A DNA stretch of 64,000 bases from Candidatus Krumholzibacteriia bacterium. GTDB lineage: Bacteria; Krumholzibacteriota; Krumholzibacteriia; WVZY01; JAKEHA01. Made by a program: the position numbers and the translations under genes. Location of the stretch: NCBI GenBank assembly GCA_036273975.1, contig DASUGO010000106.1, forward strand, positions 4,943-68,942, in the 5' to 3' direction. Positions 29,715 to 38,897 of the stretch are shown piece after piece (positions within the stretch are counted from its first letter, which is position 1; each line of letters starts with the position of its first letter). Under the pieces are notes generated by a model, which made no database searches, was not told the DNA's origin, and worked only from the letters and a program-made list of their open reading frames with translations.

Positions 29715-30559
29715 CGCATGGCACCTCCTGTTATCGGGGCGAGCTCGGGGTTGTTTTCGACCGCCTGATACGCCCAGTCCAGCGTGGCGGTGGTCGTCGT
29801 GACCGCCTTCACCTGAACCTTCGCCATGTTGAAATCACCCTGACCGTCCAGAATCCGAACAATGTAGCTGTGGCCCTCGATCGCTTCCGCCTGTCCCGAC
29901 GGGGACCACCCCGTATCCGGGGCCCAATCGACGTAAACCAGGTCGATCAGACCGTAATCCTGGATATCGACTCCGGTCTTCGCGCGGAGAAAACGCGCTC
30001 CGCTCTGGGACTCGAAGTAGATATCCGTGGTGCCCAACGCCGCGGCTTGCGGGAGCCCTGACAGACTCGAAAAGTCATATCCCGCCCGCGACGGGTCTTG
30101 CCCCAACTCGACCAGCACCAAACCCGTACCTTCCGGCCTGGGGGTGTCGAACACCGTCTCCAGGCTCAACTCGCTCTCGTTACCCGCGCGATCAAACGCG
30201 GTCACTGCGTAAAACCATGTTTCGCCGTTCACGACATCCGTGTCGTCATAGTAGGTCTGATCCGTCGGTACCTCTCCGAGATAGAAGTAGGGACCGGGAT
30301 TCGTGGTCGACCGGTAAACGGCATAGCCCCCCAGGTCATCCTCCCAGTTCGCGTTCCAGTAAATGCTTACGACGCCATCACCCGTGATGCTGAAGACCCC
30401 GTCGGGCGGAAACGGAGCAGGATCCGCCGCCACGACGGGGCCATCATTCTTGCAACCAGCAACGAAAGGAAGCATCACTGCGGTAATCGCCACCACGGCA
30501 CCCGACAGCCGTACGGCGCGATCAATTGGGTTTCTTATGCGCAGGTGGTGCGTCATCAC
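29711..30559 (-). CDS. Lipoprotein with a fibronectin type-III-like domain
   Basis: A signal peptide with the lipobox LPFVAGC, and an Fn3 signature (YAVYRS...GETWFYAVTAFDRAGNES). It is the first gene of a two-gene operon. Confidence 0.55.
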   Translation of the reverse strand: MMTHHLRIRNPIDRAVRLSGAVVAITAVMLPFVAGCKNDGPVVAADPAPFPPDGVFSITGDGVVSIYWNANWEDDLGGYAVYRSTTNPGPYFYLGEVPTDQTYYDDTDVVNGETWFYAVTAFDRAGNESELSLETVFDTPRPEGTGLVLVELGQDPSRAGYDFSSLSGLPQAAALGTTDIYFESQSGARFLRAKTGVDIQDYGLIDLVYVDWAPDTGWSPSGQAEAIEGHSYIVRILDGQGDFNMAKVQVKAVTTTTATLDWAYQAVENNPELAPITGGAMR

Positions 30560-30572
30560 GAGGGTTCCCTAG

Positions 30573-30588
30573 CGCAAGCCATGTGCCA
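30573..30588 (-). promoter_or_regulatory. σ54 (RpoN) -24/-12 promoter: TGGCAC-atggc-TTGCg
   Basis: On the minus strand this reads TGGCACatggcTTGCg, a full consensus match with GG–N10–GC spacing. It lies directly upstream of the Fn3-lipoprotein operon. Two σ54 activators are encoded within 6 kb. The predicted TSS falls only ~5 nt before the annotated start codon. Confidence 0.45.
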
Positions 30589-31035
30589 CGCGACCGGCAA
30601 AACCTGCCGCGCGGTGCCACCGCCCCTCATAACTCATTGTAACTTATATGATTAAAAACTGGAAATCGTGCCCGGCGGATGGATTTTGGGCGCCTTTCCG
30701 GGCCCCGGCAACCCGGGAAAGCGTTGTGACTGGATTACACGACTGCCCCCAAAAGTGGACAATCGTGGTGGTTGAGCGGCCGGAGACGGTGCGGGCGGTG
30801 GCAGTCGGCGGGCGGGCCAGGAACCGGCGGGCATAAAAAACGCCGACGCCCCGATCCGCTCCATCGTTAAGTTCGAGACCCCACCTCTCGAATTCAACTT
30901 ACTCCGCAAAGCCAGCAGCTTGCTTAGGAACGAAATCAGGGCATCGGCTAACTCGGAAGCCCGAAGGCTCCGAATTCTTGGTCGAGAGTAATCTCTCCTT
31001 CGCTACGGTCCTGTCGTTTTCTTTTCAGTTCGGGA

Positions 31036-31063
31036 TTCTTGGGGAGCTTGCACTCCCCAAGAA
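31036..31063. promoter_or_regulatory. Perfect 11-bp inverted repeat (ttcttggggag-cttgca-ctccccaagaa) in an AT-rich intergenic island
   Basis: Read directly from the sequence. No flanking U/T-tract on either strand, so it is probably not a classical intrinsic terminator. Confidence 0.3.
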
Positions 31064-31249
31064 CCCGTCCCCCACCAGATGGAAGTACATTTTACGCACG
31101 GGATGACTTCCGAGGAGGTGCTATCGCAACCGATGTGCCAAACCGGCAAGTTGTTCCCAATGATTACGAGCAGGTCATAACAGACTTTTTAACATACGGT
31201 TACGAGCGCCGGAGCGGCCCGGCGCACGTGGGCTGGAGCCACCCCCAAC

Positions 31250-31346
31250 AGAGGGGTATTAAAAACGTTTGTATGGTGTCCCGGGAGGAAAGGGTCAACC
31301 AATTAGAATACAAACGGTTAGCGGGGCCGAAGAGGGGTATTAAAAA
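31250..31346. repeat. Two copies of a 16-bp direct repeat (agaggggtattaaaaa) 81 bp apart, with an intervening 9-10 bp inverted repeat (aaacgtttgtat / atacaaacgg)
   Basis: Read directly from the sequence. They sit 50-150 bp downstream of the stop of the σ54-activator gene, in the lowest-GC stretch of the host part of the window. Confidence 0.4.
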
Positions 31347-31397
31347 TTTTTACAAAGCGGGCCGTCTACAACGACCGGTGGCAGCGCGGGGCAGGGA

Positions 31398-34300
31398 CTA
31401 CTGGATATTGTAGCGTTTGATCTTCGAAAGCAGATTCGGATAGCTGATCCCGAGGTGCATGGCGACCTGGGACTTGTTCCCGGAATGACGGCGCATCGCG
31501 TCCAGGATCATCGTCTGTTCGATCTGTTCGATCCGCTGGCGCAGCGTGGCGGTCTCCCGGTCGATCGACTCCACCGGCTCGTGCACGCGCATCACCTCGG
31601 GGGCCAGGTGGCGGATGTCGAGCAACTCGTGCTCGTCGGCCAGGATGATGGCGCGCTTGATGACCTTCTCGAGTTCGCGAACGTTGCCCGGCCAGTGATA
31701 GTCCGACAGCTTTGCGATGAAATCGGGCGTCGCGTCTTCGATCTCCTTGTCCATCTCGCGCGACAGCTTCGCGATGTAATGATGCATCAGGAGCGGAATG
31801 TCCTCACGGCGTTCGCGCAGCGGCGGCACCGTCAGCGGAAAATCGTTGATCCGGTAGAAGAAGTCCTCGAGGAAACGGCCCTCTTCGACCAGCTTCAGCA
31901 GGTTGCCCTTGGATGCACATACAACGCGCACATCCACCGGCATCAGGTCGTTGGAACCGACGCGGCGCACTTTCCCGGAATCCAGGAAGTGCAGCAGCTT
32001 GCCCTGCATCGCCATCGAGGTCTTGCCGATCTCGTCGAGGAAGATCGTACCGCCGTTGGCCTCGGTCAGAAGGCCGTCCTTGTCGAAATAGGCGTTCGTG
32101 AAAGCGCCACGAACGTGCCCGAACAGCTCGGACTCGAGCAGGTGCTCGGGCAATGCCGCGCAGTTGACGTGAACGAAGGGGCGATCACGGCGCTCACTCA
32201 ACAGGTGCACGGCGTACGCGATGAGACCTTTGCCGGTCCCGGTCTCGCCCTGAAGCAGAACGGTCGCATCCGAGTGCGCCACCCGCTCCGCCAGGTTGAG
32301 GAGCTGAATCATGTCCTTGTTGTCAGTGACGATGCTCTCGAAGCCCTTGCCCGCGCTTCCCCGCGTCCGCGTGGCGCGTCCACGCTGCTCGGTGCGCAGC
32401 AGTTCGAACACCGACAACGAAATCAAGCTCGAGTACGCGGCGACGAAATGCAGGTCGTCCTGTCCGATCGGGCCGCAGGCCGGATCCGAACCCTTCAGGA
32501 TGCAAAGGGCTCCGAGACGTTCGCGGTCGAACCCGAGGTCCTGGACGAGCAGCGTTCCGCGCGCGCTGATCTTGTCACGCAATTCGGCAAGCGACGGGTC
32601 ATGGTCGATGTCGGCTACCAGCACCGCGCCCTGCTCACGATTCGCGCGCCGCGAATACCAGGTCTCGATGGCCTGCGCCTCGCGGGCGCCGATCCCGAGC
32701 CGCGATATGGCCTGGAAGCCGCGGCCGCTGGCTGCCGGCACCGCGACGAATCCCGCGGCGGCACCGAGCTTTTCGACAATCAGCGCGAGCGTGGAGTCGA
32801 GGCCTTTGGCGAGCTGTTCCCGCGAGCGCGCGCCGTTCTGCATCTCGCCGAGCACGGAGAATTGATCGATCACGCGGCGGGTCGCGTTCGACATCTGCGC
32901 TTCGACCCGGCGGCGCAACGCACCAACGGCCCTGCGGAAACGCGGGCAATCCTCGTCGGACGCGATGCGATCGGCCTCGTACACCGCGAGCAGCGCGTCG
33001 TCCAGGTTGCCGAGGCGGCGTTCGACACCGGCCAGCAGCACATGCGAAATGATCAACTCGCGCGGCTCGTCGATTTTACCCAGTTCGACCAGACTGTCCG
33101 TGAGCATCGACTTCGCCCTGAGCAAAGCGGCCTCGGCACGCGAGCGGCCGCACACGCGCGCGAGCAACTGCTGGCTCACGACGCGTTCGTAGGAATTCCC
33201 GTATTCGCCGAACACGTTGACGCTCTCGGTCAGCGCTTCGACCGCGCCGTCGATGTCGCCCAGCCGCGCCCGGCACAGGCCGCGTGTGCGGTGGAAGAAC
33301 CCGACCTCGTAGAGTTCGCCGCAGGCGGTCGCGATGCGCAGCCCCTCTTCGATCGACGCCAGCGCGTCGTTGGGCGCTCCGGAGCGGTACTGGGTGTCAC
33401 CCAGACGGCGCAGGCACTCGGCGACGATGTCACCTTCGGGTGACAGTTTACGTGCGCGTTCCAGCGCCGCATCGAGGTTCGCGCGCGCCCCTCGCAGGTC
33501 GCTGCGGGCGATCATCAATTCACCGATGTACTCATCGGCCAGCGCGGACTCGCGCTCGTAACCGAGCTCGCCGCACATCGCCTGCGCGCGCAGCAGCGCC
33601 TTTTCACCGCGGCTGTACGTGCCGCGCGCGACCTGGGTGCGGCCGAGCATCAGCAGCGCACGCGCAAGACTCGCCTGATCGCCAAAACGCTCCGCGCCGG
33701 CCGCGGCGGCATCGAATGCGCTGATCGCGTCTTCGAAGCGGCGCAGCTTGGCGTAGACAACCCCCAGGTTCAGCTGCACCACGATGAGGTGCTGCGAGAG
33801 CCCGAGCGTCTTGGCCAGATCGATGGACTTGGAAAGCGACGCGAGCGCGCGCGTCCAGCGGCACGCGTTCTTATGCAGGAGTCCCAGACTGTTGTAAACG
33901 TACGCGATGCCAACCTTGTCCTCGGCGCGCCGGTACGACGACAGCGCATCCATGAAGAACTCCTCCGCCTCGGACACCAGGCCGAGACGTTGGTAGCAGT
34001 TGGCGATCAGGAGCTGAACGTAGGCGACTTCGGAATGCGACGGTGACCGCTTGAGCTTGCGGTACGCCGCGAAGGCGGTCTTGAGCGCCGCGTCGTAGGA
34101 GCCCTGCCAGAGTAACAGGTAGCCTTCGCGGTACTCGATCTGTCCCCGGGCCTCGTCGGTGAGGGCCACCGGCAGGCGGGCTGCTTCGGCCAGACATTCC
34201 CGGGAAGCGGCGTAGTCACCGCGCTTGCGGTGGCAGTCGCTGATGCGCATGAGCAACCGGAAGCGATCCGGATAGACCGGAAGGTCCGGCTGCTCAAGCG

Positions 34301-34463
34301 CACCCCGGAAGTAGTCCAAAGCCGTTGAGAAGTTCTCAGTCGCGAAGTGCATCTCTCCGATTTCCTCGCCTGGCGAGCAAACCGAATCGTGCGCGTTGTC
34401 GCGGCTTCCCTTCTCCAGCCACTCTCTCTCGTCCCGTGCGTCGGACATAGAATCCTCGAGCAA
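31398..34463 (-). CDS. σ54-dependent transcriptional activator with N-terminal TPR repeats and a GAF-like sensor (TPR–GAF–AAA+ σ54 interaction–Fis HTH)
   Basis: The AAA+ σ54 core is recognisable (LLQGETGTGKGLIA, ESELFGH, GAFTNA, GGTIFLDEIG, RVVCAS, the GAFTGA-like motif, WPGNVREL). The C-terminal HTH is QVAMHLGISYPNLLSKIKRYNI. The first ~520 aa carry TPR-like repeats. Confidence 0.8.
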   Translation of the reverse strand: MLEDSMSDARDEREWLEKGSRDNAHDSVCSPGEEIGEMHFATENFSTALDYFRGALEQPDLPVYPDRFRLLMRISDCHRKRGDYAASRECLAEAARLPVALTDEARGQIEYREGYLLLWQGSYDAALKTAFAAYRKLKRSPSHSEVAYVQLLIANCYQRLGLVSEAEEFFMDALSSYRRAEDKVGIAYVYNSLGLLHKNACRWTRALASLSKSIDLAKTLGLSQHLIVVQLNLGVVYAKLRRFEDAISAFDAAAAGAERFGDQASLARALLMLGRTQVARGTYSRGEKALLRAQAMCGELGYERESALADEYIGELMIARSDLRGARANLDAALERARKLSPEGDIVAECLRRLGDTQYRSGAPNDALASIEEGLRIATACGELYEVGFFHRTRGLCRARLGDIDGAVEALTESVNVFGEYGNSYERVVSQQLLARVCGRSRAEAALLRAKSMLTDSLVELGKIDEPRELIISHVLLAGVERRLGNLDDALLAVYEADRIASDEDCPRFRRAVGALRRRVEAQMSNATRRVIDQFSVLGEMQNGARSREQLAKGLDSTLALIVEKLGAAAGFVAVPAASGRGFQAISRLGIGAREAQAIETWYSRRANREQGAVLVADIDHDPSLAELRDKISARGTLLVQDLGFDRERLGALCILKGSDPACGPIGQDDLHFVAAYSSLISLSVFELLRTEQRGRATRTRGSAGKGFESIVTDNKDMIQLLNLAERVAHSDATVLLQGETGTGKGLIAYAVHLLSERRDRPFVHVNCAALPEHLLESELFGHVRGAFTNAYFDKDGLLTEANGGTIFLDEIGKTSMAMQGKLLHFLDSGKVRRVGSNDLMPVDVRVVCASKGNLLKLVEEGRFLEDFFYRINDFPLTVPPLRERREDIPLLMHHYIAKLSREMDKEIEDATPDFIAKLSDYHWPGNVRELEKVIKRAIILADEHELLDIRHLAPEVMRVHEPVESIDRETATLRQRIEQIEQTMILDAMRRHSGNKSQVAMHLGISYPNLLSKIKRYNIQ

Positions 34464-34512
34464 GTGGTTGACGGTTGGGAATCGATCTCAACCGTTCGTT
34501 ACGATTTATACC

Positions 34513-34836
34513 CTACCGATTCCACAGTACGAACTTCCACCAATTCTCCAGCGCAATCATGACTCTCGTCACTCCAGCGGTCATGCTGCTCTGCATGCTG
34601 CTTACCGGAGGACGTCCCTTCAGTCCCGACAACCCATCGGCATCACCCTGGTTCGAACCCCCGCCACTGTCCGTGGCGCCGCCAATCGAAGTGCCGCCGG
34701 CGGACACAATTGTCACGCTGGGACCGGACTTGGATGTAGCGATGGAATTCGACGTATCGGCGAGCGAGGGGGCGGAAGGATAGCCAATCAGCACGAGAGT
34801 GGCGATCGCGATGATAAAAATCGCCGCCCGCTTCAT
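34513..34836 (-). CDS. Small secreted Gly/Ser-rich protein (hypothetical)
   Basis: A signal peptide (MKRAAIFIIAIATLVLIGYPSAPSLA) then a G/S/T-rich region. It lies between the two σ54 regulator genes, and the antisense frame also has an ORF, so this call is tentative. Confidence 0.3.
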   Translation of the reverse strand: MKRAAIFIIAIATLVLIGYPSAPSLADTSNSIATSKSGPSVTIVSAGGTSIGGATDSGGGSNQGDADGLSGLKGRPPVSSMQSSMTAGVTRVMIALENWWKFVLWNR

Positions 34837-34940
34837 ACCTGAACCATCTCCTTCCTCAACACGGAAACGAACTACTCTGGGGCTCTAGATCAATAGATAC
34901 ACCACGAACGAATATAGTCCCGGAACCCCTTCTGCGTCAA

Positions 34941-36326
34941 TCAGTTTTCCGATTCTTCCCCGTCGTCGTCGCGGCCACTTTTGTATGGTATCCCGTATTT
35001 CTCGAGCTTCTTATACAGGTTGCTGCGTTGCATACCCAATCTGCGGGCAGTCTTGCTGACGTTGTGGTTGAAAAGCCGCAGCTTCCGCTCGAAAAACTCC
35101 TTCTCCGTGGCGTCTTTGAACTCGATGTACGTCTGTATGTCGAAGTACCGCCCCTCGACCTTTTCCGAAGACGCCAGGTCCGGGAGGTCGGAAACCTCGA
35201 TGGTGCTGCCGGCTGTCAGGATCACCAGCCGTTCAACCAAATTCTTCAATTCCCGCACGTTACCGGGCCAGGCGTACTCCCGCAGCACATCCATCGCCGC
35301 CCGGGACACCTTCCTGGGGGCCTGCCCCAGTTCGCGTCCGGTCTCCTGCAGGAAATGGTCCACCAGGAGCGGGATGTCGCTCGAACGCTCCCGCAGCGGG
35401 GGGACGGTGATCGGCACCACGTTGAGACGATAATAGAGATCTTCCCGGAAGCCACCCTCGCGGCTGGCCCTCAGCAGGTCCTTGTTGGTGGCGGCCACCA
35501 CACGGACGTCAACCCGCATTGTCTCGGTTCCCCCCACCCGCTCGAAGACGGACTCCTGCAGGACCCGGAGCACCTTGGCCTGGGCGTTGAGACTCATGTC
35601 CCCCACCTCGTCCAGAAACAGGGTCCCCCCATCGGCCATCTCAAAGCGGCCGACCCGCCGGCCAACCGCGCCGGTGAACGCGCCGCGTTCATGGCCAAAC
35701 AGCTCACTCTCGATCAGTTCTTCGGGAATGGCCGCACAGTTGACCTCGATGAACGGCTCTTCGGCGCGCGGGCTCAGTTCGTGGAGCGCGCGGGCCACCA
35801 TCTCCTTGCCGGTCCCGTTCTCCCCCATGATCAGCACGCGCGCGTTGGATGCGGCCACCTTGCGGATGGTCTCGAGGATGCGCAGAATCTCGGGATGCTC
35901 GCCGACGACGCGTGTCTTCTGGCGGACAGCCGCCTTCAGCGAGACATTCTCCCGCAGCAGCCGGCGCTGGGCGAGGCCGTTGCGAATGACGAGCAACAGC
36001 CGGTCCGCGTCGATGGGTTTCTCGACAAAGTCAAAGGCGCCGAGACGCGTCGCCTCGACGGCGGTCTGGATGGTGCCGTGGCCGGAGATGATCACCACGG
36101 GAAGCTGGGGGTTGTCGCCGTGAATCCGCGACAGGACCTCGAGACCGTCCATGCCGGGCATCTTGATATCGAGCAGCACCAGGTCGACGCTGCGATCGCG
36201 GACGGCGGTGAGCGCCGAGGGTCCGTCCTCGACCAGGATGACGCGGTACGACTCGAACTCGAGCAACCGCTGGAGGGAGTTGCGAACTCCCTGCTCGTCA
36301 TCGGCGATCAGAATGGTCCTGGGCAT
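34941..36326 (-). CDS. σ54-dependent response regulator (NtrC family: REC–AAA+–HTH)
   Basis: The receiver domain has the phospho-Asp context (LVLLDIKMPGMDG). AAA+ σ54 motifs are present (GENGTGKE, ESELFGHERGAFTGA). The C-terminal Fis-type HTH is VSKTARRLGMQRSNLYKKL. Confidence 0.85.
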   Translation of the reverse strand: MPRTILIADDEQGVRNSLQRLLEFESYRVILVEDGPSALTAVRDRSVDLVLLDIKMPGMDGLEVLSRIHGDNPQLPVVIISGHGTIQTAVEATRLGAFDFVEKPIDADRLLLVIRNGLAQRRLLRENVSLKAAVRQKTRVVGEHPEILRILETIRKVAASNARVLIMGENGTGKEMVARALHELSPRAEEPFIEVNCAAIPEELIESELFGHERGAFTGAVGRRVGRFEMADGGTLFLDEVGDMSLNAQAKVLRVLQESVFERVGGTETMRVDVRVVAATNKDLLRASREGGFREDLYYRLNVVPITVPPLRERSSDIPLLVDHFLQETGRELGQAPRKVSRAAMDVLREYAWPGNVRELKNLVERLVILTAGSTIEVSDLPDLASSEKVEGRYFDIQTYIEFKDATEKEFFERKLRLFNHNVSKTARRLGMQRSNLYKKLEKYGIPYKSGRDDDGEESEN

Positions 36327-36433
36327 GCCTGCAATCCATTAGGAGTAAACAACATTCGGGCTTTTGTACGGATAGCATATTGCCTATCATTCAGGCTACG
36401 CCTAATTGCGGCATTGCCGGGCGTGGGAACCCT

Positions 36434-37504
36434 ATGCAGCAACTTCATCTTCGCAACCTTTCTCTCGCGGACCTCCGCCAATGGGTGGCCGACGCGGGCG
36501 AGCCGGAGTATCGCAGCCGGCAGCTCGCGACGTGGATCTACGCCCGGCTGGAAGACGACCCTGCCCGGATGACCAACCTGCCCCAGGCGTTCCGGGACCG
36601 GCTCGCGGGGCAGACGCGGGTGCGCGCCCTCGCAACCGCGGCGGTGCAGGAGTCGGCGATTGATGGCACACGCAAGTTCCTGTTCCAGTTGCCGGACGGC
36701 AACCGGGTCGAATCGGTGTTGATGCGTTACGACAAGCGCAACACGGTGTGCATCTCGTCACAGGTGGGATGCCCGCTCGATTGTGTATTCTGCGAAACGG
36801 CGAAGGGACGCTACCAGCGCAACCTGACAAGCGGCGAGATCCTCGACCAGATCTGCGTGCTCAAACGCGAGGCAGGGCCGCCGTCGGAGAAGATCAACAT
36901 CGTGTTCATGGGCATGGGCGAACCGCTTCTGAACCTCGCGGCGCTGATTCCGGCCATCCGGACGCTCAACGATCCCGCCGGATTGAACCTGGGAGAAAAG
37001 CGCATCACCGTTTCCACGTCGAGCTTCCCGGATCGCATCCGCGAACTGGCGGACTCGGACGCGGCGTGCTCGCTGGCGCTGTCGCTGAACGCCCCCAACG
37101 ACGAGGTTCGCGCCCGCCTGATGCCGAAGGCGGCGCGCTTCCCGATCGACGAACTGCTCGACGCCGCGCGTTACTTCGCCGCGTCCGGCAAGCGGCGCGT
37201 CACCATGGAATACGTGCTGATTCCCGGGCTCACGATGGGTGACGACGCGGCCGACCAGTTGGGGCGTCTGGTCCGCCACCAGCCGTTCAAGGTGAACCTG
37301 ATTCCGTACAACCCGGGCCGGGTGGATCCGTTTCCGCGCCCGGGCGAGCCGGAAATCGAACGCTTCGTGCGGCGGCTGCTCCCGGTGGCCCCGGCGGTCA
37401 CCGTGCGGCGCAGCCGCGGAGTCGACATCGACGCGGCGTGCGGTCAGTTGTGGAATCTGAGCTTGAATCAGAAGAAGAAGCGGCCTGTGGAAGGGGCGGC
37501 ATGA
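36434..37504 (+). CDS. rlmN: 23S rRNA/tRNA (adenine-C2)-methyltransferase RlmN (radical SAM)
   Basis: The radical-SAM CPLDCVFCETAK cluster is present, and the RlmN-specific N-terminal and C-terminal regions (LIPYNPGRVDPFPRP, MGMGEPLLN). The likely start is MQQLHL at 36434. Confidence 0.85.
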   Translation: MQQLHLRNLSLADLRQWVADAGEPEYRSRQLATWIYARLEDDPARMTNLPQAFRDRLAGQTRVRALATAAVQESAIDGTRKFLFQLPDGNRVESVLMRYDKRNTVCISSQVGCPLDCVFCETAKGRYQRNLTSGEILDQICVLKREAGPPSEKINIVFMGMGEPLLNLAALIPAIRTLNDPAGLNLGEKRITVSTSSFPDRIRELADSDAACSLALSLNAPNDEVRARLMPKAARFPIDELLDAARYFAASGKRRVTMEYVLIPGLTMGDDAADQLGRLVRHQPFKVNLIPYNPGRVDPFPRPGEPEIERFVRRLLPVAPAVTVRRSRGVDIDAACGQLWNLSLNQKKKRPVEGAA

Positions 37505-37554
37505 CCCGTCGGGGAGGAGAACGTCAGCACCCCCCTCCACAGGCACCATAGACG

Positions 37555-38601
37555 TTACTTGAGGAGCAGCAGTTTCACCGTCTCGCGGGCATCGCCCACC
37601 TGGACGGCCGCATAGTACGTGGAACTCGCCACCGGATTGCCGGCGCGATCCGTCCCATCCCAACGCACCACGAAGTCACCCGACGCACGCCCCGCATACA
37701 GGTCGCGCACCAGCGCGCCGTTGACCGCGTAGATCTTCACCGACACCGGTTCGGCCATGTCGGCCAGCTCGGACGGCATGGTCACGCGAATCTCGGTATC
37801 CGGGTTGAACGGATTCGGATAGCTGGTCGCCGCGATGGCCGGGCCGCGTTCCGCGGTGCCGCGTGCGACGCGCACGAAGAAATTCTCCAGCCCGCTCACC
37901 GAACCCGGCGACGCCACCTCGATGTTCTCGACACGACCGTCGGTGCGCGCATCGCTGCCGCCGAACAACACACGGAAGTCCTCGGCGAAAATTTCCTTCG
38001 GGCGGTAGGCGTGACTCGCGGTGTCCGAGAAGCGCGCATCGTCAATACCACGGATGCGGCGATACTCGCCCCACGCCGCCGATCCATCCGGCATGTAACG
38101 GTTGTGGAAAACGTGTCCGATCTCATGCGTCACGATGTACGCGGCCACGGCCGGATCGATATCCAGCACGTGCGGACTCAGAAACACGTCCTTGCCGCTC
38201 GTCGCGCTCACGAGCAGGTTGCGGCGCGGATACGGCAGCAGGTACACGCGCACCGAGAGTCGCAGCGACGGGTGGTCGATCTCGCGCAACGACTCGCTGA
38301 CCAGGGCATCGGTGAACGGGTGAAACTGGCCGTCACCCTTGTTGTAAATCGACGGATCGTTGATGTCGGTGATGACGGGCAGGTAGCGGCCGTCGTCCAG
38401 TTGAATCGCCGGGTCGCCGGCCAGCGTCGTGAGGCGGTCAGTCAGGTACTCGGCGTCGTAGATGGTCACCGAGAGGCCGTTGGCGAGTTCCATATGCCGG
38501 GGGGAGGATGCCTCGGCCCGATCAACGGCGGCCAGCGACACGGTCGCCACTGCGACCAGCACCGCTTTTTGCGCCATACCGTATATAATCCGACGGACCA
38601 T
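37555..38601 (-). CDS. Secreted zinc metallopeptidase-like protein (HEIGH motif) with a C-terminal T9SS sorting domain
   Basis: A signal peptide (AVLVAVATVSLAAVDRAEA), the motif VTHEIGHVFHN, and a C-terminal ~80 aa (SYPNPFNPDTEIRVT...YYAAVQVGDARETVKLLLLK) typical of a Por_Secre_tail. The start is either M at 38601 or M at 38577. Confidence 0.55.
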   Translation of the reverse strand: MVRRIIYGMAQKAVLVAVATVSLAAVDRAEASSPRHMELANGLSVTIYDAEYLTDRLTTLAGDPAIQLDDGRYLPVITDINDPSIYNKGDGQFHPFTDALVSESLREIDHPSLRLSVRVYLLPYPRRNLLVSATSGKDVFLSPHVLDIDPAVAAYIVTHEIGHVFHNRYMPDGSAAWGEYRRIRGIDDARFSDTASHAYRPKEIFAEDFRVLFGGSDARTDGRVENIEVASPGSVSGLENFFVRVARGTAERGPAIAATSYPNPFNPDTEIRVTMPSELADMAEPVSVKIYAVNGALVRDLYAGRASGDFVVRWDGTDRAGNPVASSTYYAAVQVGDARETVKLLLLK

Positions 38602-38897
38602 TAATTTCTCCTCCAACCCGGTATCTGCATTGGACATTCCCGGGTGGACGGAGGCGCCCCACCGCGGGTCCTGCGGGGGCGCTTCGGGCCGGACCATTCA
38701 AAATTAAGTAGTTACAGGAGCCGAGGTTGTGAGGCAGGCAACGGCCAGTCCGATTTGCACAAATGTTGCGCGAGCCGAGTCGGGGCGGACCCGTGAACCC
38801 GTTGGGCCAGAGAGAGTTGGGAGGTTTTCCACAGGCGCCGGGGGGGACGATGGGGCCGGGCACCCAGGTCGGGGCCGGAACGGTGGACCTGCAGCGG

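Noticed and set aside
31039-31413. 124-aa plus-strand ORF in the AT-rich island
   Set aside because: Its internal repeats (QQRGIKN / KRGIKNF) are just translations of the 16-bp DNA direct repeat. There is no RBS and the codon usage is atypical.
31455-33443. 662-aa plus-strand ORF
   Set aside because: It is antisense to the σ54 activator gene, whose frame has unambiguous AAA+ motifs.
36361-36395. Possible σ54-like -24/-12 (GG-N10-GC) element upstream of rlmN
   Set aside because: Only the GG and GC dinucleotides with correct spacing are present (acGGat...atTGCc). It is far from the TGGCAC/TTGCW consensus, and rlmN is not expected in a σ54 regulon.
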